DNA from: Acidobacteriota bacterium
GTDB taxonomy: Bacteria; Acidobacteriota; Vicinamibacteria; Marinacidobacterales; Marinacidobacteraceae
Length of the DNA: 64,000 bases
Assembly (NCBI GenBank): GCA_009840635.1
Contig: VXNL01000074.1
Location: 28,156-92,155 of the forward strand
Direction of reading: 5' to 3'
A program made the position numbers and the translations under genes. Of this stretch, positions 56,064-64,000 are shown in pieces. The first letter of the stretch is position 1. Each line of letters opens with the position of its first letter. The notes under the pieces were generated by a model. It saw only the letters and a list, made by a program, of their open reading frames with translations. It did no database searches and was not told the origin of the DNA.

Positions 56064-57278
56064 TTGGCTGAGCGTCTGAACTTCGATCTGAATGAGGAAC
56101 ACCGCGCGACGGAGTCGCTGGTTCGCGAGTTCGCTGCCCGCGAGGTGGCGCCGCATATCCGCGAAAACGACGCCGCCAAGGTGTTCGATCGCGCGATCCT
56201 GACGGGACTCGGAGAACTCGGCATCCTCGGGATATCGGTTCCCGAGCGCTATGGCGGCGCGGGGCTGGACTACATCTCGCTCGGGCTCGCCTGCGAAGAG
56301 CTCGAGTACGTGGACACTTCGCTGCGGGTCATCATGTCGGTCCATGCCGGCCTGAACTCCTTCTCGCTCCTCGCCTGGGGCAGCGAGGCGCAGAAGGACC
56401 GCTACCTGCGGCCGCAGGCGGAAGGGAAGCAGATCGCCACCTACGGACTCACCGAACCCGACGCCGGAAGCGACGCCGTGGGGATCCGGGCCACGGCCCG
56501 GCGCGACGGGCCGGACTACGTGCTGACCGGCGAAAAACACTGGATCTCCCTGGCCGAGATCGCCGACAACTTCCTGGTGATCGCGTGGACCGATCCCGAC
56601 AAGCGGGCTCGGCGGGACCATTCGGGACTCTCGGCGTTCATCGTGGAGCGCTCCTTCCCGGGCTTCGAGTCCGGGAACATGACCCACAAGTGGGGGATTC
56701 GCGCGGGCAATACCGGCTGGTTCCGCATGCATGACGTCCGCGTCCCGGCGGAGAACCGGCTCGGGGACGAGGGCGAGGGCTTCAAGATCGCCATGTTCGC
56801 CCTGGACCAGGGCCGCTATACGGTGGCCGCCGGGGCCACCGGACTGATCCGCGCCTGCCGGGACGAGAGCGTGCGTTGGGCGCGGTCCCGCACCACCTTC
56901 GGTCAGGAGATCGGGCGGCACCAGCTGGTGAAGCAGATGATCGCGAACATGGAGCGTGACTACGAGGTGAGCCGGCTGCTGTGGCTGCGTGCCGGAGAAC
57001 TGAAGAATCGGGGACGACGCAACACCCGCGAGACGTCGCTGGCGAAGTGGGTCTCCACCGTCGCCTCCGAGAGAGCCGCCTCGGACGCCATCCAGATCCA
57101 CGGGTCGTACGGGTATTCGGACGAATACCCGGTGGGGCGCTTCTGGCGGAACTCGAAGGGCGCCGTGATCTACGAGGGAACCCGGGAGATCCACACCCTG
57201 ATGCAGGCGGACTACGCCCTGGGCTACCGGCGGGACCGGCCCACCCGGGTCAGCCTCCCGGCGCCGGAGGAACACTGA
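56064..57278 (+). CDS. Acyl-CoA dehydrogenase
   Basis: ERYGGAGLD, YGLTEPDAGSD, GEKHWIS, RTTFGQEIGRHQLV, AIQIHGSYGYSDEYPV, IYEGTREI; TTG start after GAGGGGAG. Confidence 0.93.
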   Translation: MAERLNFDLNEEHRATESLVREFAAREVAPHIRENDAAKVFDRAILTGLGELGILGISVPERYGGAGLDYISLGLACEELEYVDTSLRVIMSVHAGLNSFSLLAWGSEAQKDRYLRPQAEGKQIATYGLTEPDAGSDAVGIRATARRDGPDYVLTGEKHWISLAEIADNFLVIAWTDPDKRARRDHSGLSAFIVERSFPGFESGNMTHKWGIRAGNTGWFRMHDVRVPAENRLGDEGEGFKIAMFALDQGRYTVAAGATGLIRACRDESVRWARSRTTFGQEIGRHQLVKQMIANMERDYEVSRLLWLRAGELKNRGRRNTRETSLAKWVSTVASERAASDAIQIHGSYGYSDEYPVGRFWRNSKGAVIYEGTREIHTLMQADYALGYRRDRPTRVSLPAPEEH

Positions 57279-57289
57279 GCAGCGGGACG

Positions 57290-58258
57290 ATGGCGGGCAG
57301 CCCGATGGCCGTCGCGGCTTCCCACCTGGTCCGCACGGTGGAGGAAGCCGCCGTCGCGTGCGCCGCGACCATCGGCCAGGGCGACCGCCACCATTCGGAT
57401 CAGGTCGCGGTTGCCGCCATGCGCCGGGTCCTCGACACCGTGCCCGTCCGGGGACGGGTCGTGATCGGCGAGGGAGAACGCGACAAGGCCCCCATGCTGT
57501 GGAGTGGAGAACGGTTCGGCAGCGGCGGGGAAGGAGTCCCCGAGCTGGACATCGCGGTGGATCCCCTGGAAGGAACGAACCTCTGCGCGACCGGCGGACC
57601 GGGAGCGATTGCGGTGCTCGCCGGTTCGGAGCGCGGGGGACTGCTCACCGCGCCCGACGTCTACATGGAGAAGATCATGGTGGGTGCGGCCAGCCGGGAC
57701 CTCCTCGGGGACGCCATCCGGCTCGAGCACTCCCCCGAGCGGAACGTGCGCGCGATCGCCGAGGCCGAGGGTGTCCCCACGAGCGAGATCACCGTGGTCG
57801 TGCTCGAACGGCCCCGCCACGAGGAGTTGATTGCCGGGCTGCGGCGCGCCGGCGCCCGGGTGCGGCTGATCGGCGACGGGGACCTCTCCGCCGGGATTCT
57901 GAGCGCGATGCCGGGCTCGGGGATCCACGCGGCGATGGGATCGGGCGGCGCGCCGGAAGGCGTGATTGCGGCTGCCGCCCTGCGGTGCCTCGGCGGCGGA
58001 ATGCTGGGGCAACTCCTCGTGCGAAACGAAGCGGAGCAGCGTCGCCTCCTGGAGACCGGGGTAGTGGACGCGGGGCGGGTGCTCAAAACGGAGGATCTGG
58101 CCCCCGGCCGGCACCTGATCTTCTGCGCCGCCGGCGTGACCGACGGCGCCCTGGTCGCGGGAGTCCGGTTGGACGGGGGCGTCATCGAAACGCACACCCT
58201 CCAGATCACGAACGACCCTCCCGAGTTGACCCGCATCACCCGGCGCCGCCAATCGTGA
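57290..58258 (+). CDS. glpX: Class II fructose-1,6-bisphosphatase
   Basis: VVIGEGERDKAPML, DIAVDPLEGTN, APDVYMEKI, LERPRHEELI, DGD, GGAPEGV. Confidence 0.95.
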   Translation: MAGSPMAVAASHLVRTVEEAAVACAATIGQGDRHHSDQVAVAAMRRVLDTVPVRGRVVIGEGERDKAPMLWSGERFGSGGEGVPELDIAVDPLEGTNLCATGGPGAIAVLAGSERGGLLTAPDVYMEKIMVGAASRDLLGDAIRLEHSPERNVRAIAEAEGVPTSEITVVVLERPRHEELIAGLRRAGARVRLIGDGDLSAGILSAMPGSGIHAAMGSGGAPEGVIAAAALRCLGGGMLGQLLVRNEAEQRRLLETGVVDAGRVLKTEDLAPGRHLIFCAAGVTDGALVAGVRLDGGVIETHTLQITNDPPELTRITRRRQS

Positions 58259-58382
58259 AGTCCCCCCGAATCCGGATAGTTGCGGCGGAGTGGGAATTGG
58301 CGCGGTCGGGGTCTGTCGTTTAGTCTCTCTCCATTGGAGGGGGCGTCCCTCCGGTAGTTCCTGTTGCAACGGTTCTGAGTCC

Positions 58383-58799
58383 GTGGAGACCGACCCTTCT
58401 CTGCTTGAGGCGCTGGTCGCGGCGTTTGTCGACGACGGCCCGGAACGGACCTACTACTACGATCGGGACACCTCACGCATGGTCAGCGTCGCGGAAGACC
58501 ATGAGGACCCCTCGACCCAGGAAATCGTCTGGCAGTTGGAGTCCGACATCCGGGGCCGTTTCGTCCCCGTGCCGAAGCCCCGGTTGGAAGACACCCTGAG
58601 CGAGCAGGACGCGTTTGTCGAGTCCCTCCCGGAAGGAGACATGCGCCGGCGGCTGGAAGCCCTGGTCGAGGACGATCCCGACGGCAGCAAGCTGGCGCGG
58701 CTGGTGAATCGCGACCGCGACGTCCGGCCCGCCTGGCGCAGGTTCCGCGCGGCGCGCGCCCGGCTCCAGGCGTCGGAATTCCTCGACCAGCTTGGGTGA
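58383..58799 (+). CDS. UPF0158-like hypothetical protein
   Basis: TYYYDRDT, RFVPVP, FVESL...LEAL...WRRFR pattern resembles UPF0158. Confidence 0.55.
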   Translation: METDPSLLEALVAAFVDDGPERTYYYDRDTSRMVSVAEDHEDPSTQEIVWQLESDIRGRFVPVPKPRLEDTLSEQDAFVESLPEGDMRRRLEALVEDDPDGSKLARLVNRDRDVRPAWRRFRAARARLQASEFLDQLG

Positions 58800-58891
58800 G
58801 GCCGGGGTCGGGAATCCCGGAATGCTGCCGCCGCTTGCCCCGCTCTCAGCGATGTCCAACTCCGCCGGATCAGCAGACAATCGGACGGTAT

Positions 58892-58908
58892 CTGGCATAG
58901 GGATTGCG
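58892..58908 (+). promoter_or_regulatory. Sigma54 (RpoN) -24/-12 promoter
   Basis: CTGGCATAGGGATTGC gives exact GG-N10-GC spacing, ~35 nt upstream of a GGAGG-preceded ATG. Confidence 0.75.
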
Positions 58909-58941
58909 GCAACACGGGTGGCAGCCTCAGGGAGGTGGCCC

Positions 58942-61137
58942 ATGCACGAAAGAGCGAACAGGCGAAACAAGGTTCTCCGGCATGCAGGCGTCCTGGGCCT
59001 GCTGCTTGCCCTGGGCACCTCCTCGGCGGCGCTCGCGCAGTCCGACGAGGAGACCGGGCGGTCGTACGCCTACGGGAACCTCAGCATCGTCGACGGCGAC
59101 GTCTGGCACCAGCGGGCGGACGACTTCGGCGCGCACGAGGCAGAACGGGGAAGCCCCTTCCTGCCCGGAGACCGCATCTGGACCCGGGAACCCGGCCAGG
59201 TCGAACTGCGCTTTGCGGGCCGGGTCACCGCGTGGATGGACGAAGGAACCAAGCTGGACTACGTGGAAGGGGACAGTCCGCACCGGCTCGGTTTCTGGAC
59301 CGGGAGCCTCATCGTGTGGCTCGGCGGCGATGCGGACGTGGTCGTGGAGACCCCCGGCGGCACCTTCTCCCCGCAGGGCGAAGGTGAGTACCGGACGGAT
59401 CTCCTGGAAGACGGCCGCACCGTGCAGTTCGTCGTCTACTCGGGTATCGCGACGGTGTCCACCGAGTCGGGCTCGGTGCTGGTGGGGTCCGGTCAACGGA
59501 CCGTCGCCTCCGAAGGCGCCGCGCCGGCTGCACCCGAGGAGTACCTGGGCAACGACCACTTCTACGCCTGGGCCGAAGACCGGCAGCGGCGCGTCGTGAC
59601 CACGGCGGAAACGCACTACGACGAGCTTCCCGAGGAAGTCAGGGAGCACGCCCCCGATCTCGAGGGACATGGCCGCTGGCACCACGACGTCCACCTGGGG
59701 TGGGTCTGGTATCCGACGGTGACCGCCGGCTGGGCGCCCTACCGGCTCGGACGATGGGCGCACACCCCGTTCGGAATCACCTGGATCTCCTACGACCCCT
59801 GGGGATGGGCTCCGTATCACTACGGCAGGTGGGGACACGGCCCCCTTGGCTGGTACTGGCTGCCGGGTTCCGTCTGGGGTCCGGGTTGGGTCTCCTGGAG
59901 CTACGGATACGACTGGGTCGGTTGGTCTCCCCTCGGCTACTACGGCTCTGCGGTGTATCCGTTCCGCGGGTGGTACGGCAACTACGGCTGGCATGACGGC
60001 TACTACTCGAATCGTCCTCGAGTCCGTCGGGGACAGGTCCTCGGCAAGGCGGTGCCGCGCGGTTCCGTGAACCGCCAGGCCTGGAGTTTCACCAGCCGGG
60101 ACGCCATCGGACGCCCTGCCTCGCGCAACCGGTTGGCGGCCTCCACCCTGCGCAACGTCGACAACGCCCACATCCTCTCCGGAGGCGCGGTCCTGGATCG
60201 CGGTCTGCGCCAACGCGCGATCGGAGAAACCGCCATGACCCGGTCGGCGAAGGCGACCACCCGCCGGCTCTCCAACTCACGGGCGCCAACGGTCGCGCGC
60301 CGGGCCGCTGCCGGCTCCGCCCGCACCACTTCCCGGGCGCAGCGCGTGGCCGTTCCTCGAAGCGCCGCGCAGGCTCGCAGTGCGCGGTCGGCCTGGGCGG
60401 CGGAACGGGACCGCGCCACCTTGTCCCGCGGTGCGGCCGGACGGGACGGGAGCGCGGGCAGCCCGCCGGCGAGCCGGTCCCGGGCAACGAACAGGGGCCG
60501 AGCGACGAGCGGTCCCGCGGCCGCCGGACGCGGAACCGGACGGCCGTCGGCCGCTCGCGGCGGCCGCGCCACCACCGGGAACCGTCCCACTGCCGCTCCC
60601 CGGCCACGCGCCTCCGGGCGGTCGGGCGACAGCGGAGCCAGACGGCCCTCGGCGGTGCGGCCGGCCTCTCCCCGGGGCGGCGCCACCTCCGCCGGACGTG
60701 CGGGGACTTCCCGCGCCCGGCCAAGCGGAGCGAGCCGGAGCCGGCCCAGCGGAGCCTCGCGGCGGCCCAGCGGGGTTTCGCGGAGTCGGCCGAGCGGCGC
60801 TTCGCGCAGCCGGCCCAGCACGGGCTCCCGTAGCCGCCCGAGCGCAGGCTCACGCAGCCGCCCGAGCGCAGGCTCACGCAGCCGCCCCAGCGCGGGCTCC
60901 CGTAGTCGCCCCAGCGCGAGTTCCCGAAGCCGACCAAGCGGTTTCTCCCGTTTCAGCGGCGGTAGCGGAGCCTCGGCCAGCCGGGGTGGCGGATCGAGTA
61001 GCAGCGGCGGTGGCGGCGGCAGCGCCGTCAGCCGTGGTGGCGGCGGTGGCGGCGGCGCCGCGGCAAGTCGTGGCAGCGGCAGCAGCGGAGGGAGCCGCGG
61101 CAGTAGCAGCGGCAGCCGGCGCCCGAACAACAACTGA
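58942..61137 (+). CDS. Exported FecR-like + DUF6600 protein with Ser/Arg/Gly-rich tail
   Basis: Signal peptide; FecR-like FLPGDRIWT...VELRF; DUF6600-like W-rich block GWAPYRLGRWA...PWGWAPYHYGRW...WGPGWVSW; low-complexity C-terminus. Confidence 0.75.
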   Translation: MHERANRRNKVLRHAGVLGLLLALGTSSAALAQSDEETGRSYAYGNLSIVDGDVWHQRADDFGAHEAERGSPFLPGDRIWTREPGQVELRFAGRVTAWMDEGTKLDYVEGDSPHRLGFWTGSLIVWLGGDADVVVETPGGTFSPQGEGEYRTDLLEDGRTVQFVVYSGIATVSTESGSVLVGSGQRTVASEGAAPAAPEEYLGNDHFYAWAEDRQRRVVTTAETHYDELPEEVREHAPDLEGHGRWHHDVHLGWVWYPTVTAGWAPYRLGRWAHTPFGITWISYDPWGWAPYHYGRWGHGPLGWYWLPGSVWGPGWVSWSYGYDWVGWSPLGYYGSAVYPFRGWYGNYGWHDGYYSNRPRVRRGQVLGKAVPRGSVNRQAWSFTSRDAIGRPASRNRLAASTLRNVDNAHILSGGAVLDRGLRQRAIGETAMTRSAKATTRRLSNSRAPTVARRAAAGSARTTSRAQRVAVPRSAAQARSARSAWAAERDRATLSRGAAGRDGSAGSPPASRSRATNRGRATSGPAAAGRGTGRPSAARGGRATTGNRPTAAPRPRASGRSGDSGARRPSAVRPASPRGGATSAGRAGTSRARPSGASRSRPSGASRRPSGVSRSRPSGASRSRPSTGSRSRPSAGSRSRPSAGSRSRPSAGSRSRPSASSRSRPSGFSRFSGGSGASASRGGGSSSSGGGGGSAVSRGGGGGGGAAASRGSGSSGGSRGSSSGSRRPNNN
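60706..60942 (+). repeat. Coding tandem repeat (mostly 24-nt units, SRSRPS[G/A/T]x)
   Basis: About 10 imperfect SRSRPSAG-type units, e.g. AGCCGCCCGAGCGCAGGCTCACGC twice in a row. Confidence 0.8.
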
Positions 61138-61159
61138 GGCCTTTCGGTCGTAGCGGCGG

Positions 61160-61194
61160 ACCCCCGGCGGCGAGGCCGCCGGGGGTTTTGCTTT
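61160..61194 (+). terminator. Rho-independent terminator
   Basis: ACCCCCGGCGGC-GAG-GCCGCCGGGGGT followed by TTTGCTTT, ~22 nt after the stop. Confidence 0.8.
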
Positions 61195-61341
61195 CCCGGC
61201 GCGGAGAACGCCGGCGAGGGGGCTCGAAGAGCCGTCAGGCCGGGGCCGCGGGCGGCGTCCCGTCACCGCAAGACCCGCGGCAACCCCGAAAAACCGTTGG
61301 AATCCGCGGGATGCCACCCGGGGCTTCGTTCGCACCCCCAC

Positions 61342-61389
61342 CCACAACCCATTGTGGTCTTGCCGGTTGCATACCGCAAGATGTTGTGT
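61342..61389. promoter_or_regulatory. Tandem NrdR boxes
   Basis: CCACAACCCATTGTGG (61342-61357) and CCGCAAGATGTTGTGT (61374-61389), starts 32 bp apart, upstream of nrdJ; nrdR is in the window. Confidence 0.8.
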
Positions 61390-61483
61390 TTTAGTTCAGA
61401 ACCCAATGCCCTTCATTGCATTCTTGGAGGGGTGCCCTCGCGCCAACTTCCAGTTTTCTTCAACCAGGGGATAGTTGTTCGAT

Positions 61484-64000
61484 ATGCAGGTAGCCGTAGA
61501 GCCCACCACCGTGGGACCCCGTTCCGAAACAGAGAAGACCCGCAGGGAGCAAAAGAACGGTCGTGGCGGCGGACTCGAGTTCCGGCGCCGGTTTACCGAA
61601 CGCGGCGTCTCACCCTACGACCAGGTGGAGTGGGAAAAGCGCGACGCCGTCATCACCGACGAACACGGCGAGACGATCTTTGCGCAGCACGGCGTGGAGT
61701 TCCCGAAGTCGTGGTCCATGATGGCGACCACGATCGTGGCGTCGAAGTACTTCCATGGATCGCTCGACAAGGGAGAGCGTGAATCGAGCGTCCGGCAGCT
61801 CGTCGGACGCGTCGCCGACCAGATCGCGGACTGGGGCGTGAAGGATGGCTACTTCGCGGACCAGGAGGCCGCGGACACGTTCCGCGACGAGCTCACCTTC
61901 CTGTTGCTGAACCAGTTCGCCGCGTTCAACTCGCCGGTCTGGTTCAACTGCGGGGTCGAGGAGCACCCGCAGTGTTCAGCGTGCTTCATCAACTCGGTCG
62001 AGGACACCATGGACTCCATCCTGACGCTCGCCAAGACCGAGGGGATGCTCTTCAAATGGGGGTCCGGCACCGGCACCAACCTCTCCACGATCCGCAGTTC
62101 ACGGGAGCAGTTGTCCAGCGGCGGCAGGGCCTCCGGGCCGGTTTCCTTCATGAAGGGATACGACTCCTTCGCCGGCGTGATCCGGAGTGGAGGCAAGACC
62201 CGGCGAGCCGCGAAGATGGTGATTCTCAACGTGGATCATCCGGACATCCTCGACTTCGTCGACTGCAAGTCCCGCGAGGAACAAAAAGCCCACGCCCTGA
62301 TTGAAGCGGGGTACGACGGCTCCCTGAACGGTGAGGCGTACGCGTCGATTCAGTATCAGAACGCGAACCACAGTGTACGGGTCAGCGACGCCTTCATGCG
62401 GGCGGTCGAGAACGACGAGGACTGGTCCACCCGCGCGATTACCAGCGGTGAACCCATGGACACCATGGGGGCCCGCGAGCTGTTCCGCCAGATCGCCGAA
62501 TCGGCGCACCGCTGCGGCGATCCGGGGATGCAGTTCGACGACACCGTCAACCGCTGGCACACCTCGAAGAACAGCGGGCGGATCAACGCATCGAACCCGT
62601 GTTCCGAGTACATGTATCTCGACGACAGCGCCTGCAACCTCGCGTCCCTGAACCTCATGAAGTTCGTGGACGAGGAGGGCAGTTTCGACACCGACGGCTT
62701 CGAGCACGCGGTCGATGTGGTGCTGACCGGGATGGAGATTATCGTCGGGAACGCGAGCTATCCGACGCCGCGCATCGAGAAGAACTCGCACGAGTACCGG
62801 CCCCTCGGTCTCGGCTACGCGAACCTCGGGGCGCTGCTGATGCATCGCGGCGTCCCCTACGACAGCGACGTCGGCCGGTCGATCGCGGCCGCCCTCACTT
62901 CGCTGATGACGGGCCGGGCATATCACCAGTCGGCCCGGATCGCCGGGGTCACCGGACCCTTCCAGGGTTACCCGGCGAACGAGCAGCCGTTCCTGGAGGT
63001 GATGCGCATGCATCGGGACGCGGCAACCGAGATCGATGCCGAGGGTGTCCCGGACGAGGTCCTTTCCCGAGCGCAGCAGGTCTGGGACGAGGCCATCGTG
63101 CTCGGTGAGGAACACGGCTTCCGGAACGGGCAGGCCTCGGTGTTGGCCCCGACGGGCACCATCGGCCTCATGATGGATTGCGACACGACCGGCGTGGAGC
63201 CCGACCTGTCACTCATCAAGCACAAGAAGCTCAGCGGCGGCGGGATCATCCGCATCGTCAACCAGACGGTGCGCTCGGCGCTGGAGCGGCTCGGCTACGA
63301 GGGCGAAGCGCTCCAGCGGATCTGGGACTACGTGGACGAGCACGGCCACGTCGAGGGGGCGCCGGATCTCCGGGAGCAACACCTTCCGGTCTTCGATTGC
63401 GCCCTCGAACCGTTCGGCGGGAAACGCTCCATCCATTACATGGGCCACGTCAAGATGATGCATGCGGTCCAGCCCTTCCTGTCAGGCGCCATCTCGAAGA
63501 CGGTCAACATGCCGGAGGAGAGCACCATCGAGGACATCGAGAAGACGTATCTCGCCTCCTGGAAGCTTGGCCTGAAGGCGGTTGCCATCTACCGGGACGG
63601 CAGCAAGCGGTCGCAGCCGCTGAACCGCGGCGAGTCGGCCACCGAAACGGTGGACGCCGGCGATTCCGCCGAGAAGGAGCACCTGCCGCCGGAGCGCGAC
63701 GCCATCATCCACAAGTTCGACATCGGCGGACACAAGGGCTATCTCACCGTCGGACTGCGCGACGACGGCTCTCCCTGCGAGATCTTCCTGCGGATGGCCA
63801 AGGAAGGCTCCTTCGTGTCCGGACTGATGGACGCCTTCGCGCGGGCGGTGTCCTACAACCTCCAGTACGGGGTTCCGCTCAAGGTCCTGGTGGACAAGTT
63901 CTCGCACACGCGCTTCGAACCCTCGGGCTACACCGGCAACCCGGACATTCCCCACGCGGACTCGATCACCGACTACATCTTCCGCTGGCTGGGACACCGC
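61484..64000 (+). CDS. nrdJ: Class II (adenosylcobalamin-dependent) ribonucleotide reductase, cut by the window end
   Basis: Translated by hand (absent from ORF track): FNSPVWFNCG, PQCSACFI, SGGKTRRAAKM, SNPCSEY, ACNLASLN, LAPTGTIG, SGAISKTVN, DSITDYIFRWL. Confidence 0.95.
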   Translation, partial: MQVAVEPTTVGPRSETEKTRREQKNGRGGGLEFRRRFTERGVSPYDQVEWEKRDAVITDEHGETIFAQHGVEFPKSWSMMATTIVASKYFHGSLDKGERESSVRQLVGRVADQIADWGVKDGYFADQEAADTFRDELTFLLLNQFAAFNSPVWFNCGVEEHPQCSACFINSVEDTMDSILTLAKTEGMLFKWGSGTGTNLSTIRSSREQLSSGGRASGPVSFMKGYDSFAGVIRSGGKTRRAAKMVILNVDHPDILDFVDCKSREEQKAHALIEAGYDGSLNGEAYASIQYQNANHSVRVSDAFMRAVENDEDWSTRAITSGEPMDTMGARELFRQIAESAHRCGDPGMQFDDTVNRWHTSKNSGRINASNPCSEYMYLDDSACNLASLNLMKFVDEEGSFDTDGFEHAVDVVLTGMEIIVGNASYPTPRIEKNSHEYRPLGLGYANLGALLMHRGVPYDSDVGRSIAAALTSLMTGRAYHQSARIAGVTGPFQGYPANEQPFLEVMRMHRDAATEIDAEGVPDEVLSRAQQVWDEAIVLGEEHGFRNGQASVLAPTGTIGLMMDCDTTGVEPDLSLIKHKKLSGGGIIRIVNQTVRSALERLGYEGEALQRIWDYVDEHGHVEGAPDLREQHLPVFDCALEPFGGKRSIHYMGHVKMMHAVQPFLSGAISKTVNMPEESTIEDIEKTYLASWKLGLKAVAIYRDGSKRSQPLNRGESATETVDAGDSAEKEHLPPERDAIIHKFDIGGHKGYLTVGLRDDGSPCEIFLRMAKEGSFVSGLMDAFARAVSYNLQYGVPLKVLVDKFSHTRFEPSGYTGNPDIPHADSITDYIFRWLGHR

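Noticed and set aside
61195-61483. Cobalamin riboswitch before nrdJ (also FMN before rib genes, SAM before metK)
   Set aside because: No recognisable aptamer motifs by eye; an Rfam scan would settle it.
61484-64000. Intein or intron in nrdJ
   Set aside because: Start and end of the visible gene are in the same frame, motifs follow in normal order, and I saw no splice or homing-endonuclease motifs.

Overview
A GC-rich (roughly 70% by eye) bacterial chromosome segment made mostly of housekeeping genes. The gene content (fused LptF-LptG, an ECF sigma/anti-sigma/DUF5668/DUF4097 cluster, a HAMP-SpoIIE phosphatase, a large BNR-repeat protein) suggests Acidobacteriota; this is inference. It contains arsR-arsI, an LD-carboxypeptidase, efp-epmA, ribBA/ribE/ribD, pgpA-cinA-thpR, a formiminotransferase, nrdR, purC, the rimP-nusA-infB-DUF503-rbfA-truB-rpsO-pnp block, rimO, asnS, amgK/murU-like genes, smc, lptFG, metK, valS, an RNase III, glpX and a class II ribonucleotide reductase (nrdJ, cut by the window end). 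I saw no transposase, integrase, CRISPR array, tRNA or rRNA. Four observations stand out. (1) A dispersed ~180-225 nt intergenic repeat family (5 full copies, 1 relic) keeps its long stems through compensatory changes; most stem mismatches become G-U/G-T wobbles on the same strand of the element, always the strand of the downstream gene. (2) The RNase III has two tandem RNase III domains (the second degenerate) plus two dsRBDs, a Drosha/Dicer-like layout. (3) Four conserved genes (epmA, cinA, truB, rimP) have no canonical start upstream of their conserved N-termini and appear to begin at CTG or ATT. (4) Tandem NrdR-type boxes lie upstream of smc as well as nrdJ. All calls come from reading the sequence by eye; no searches were run.
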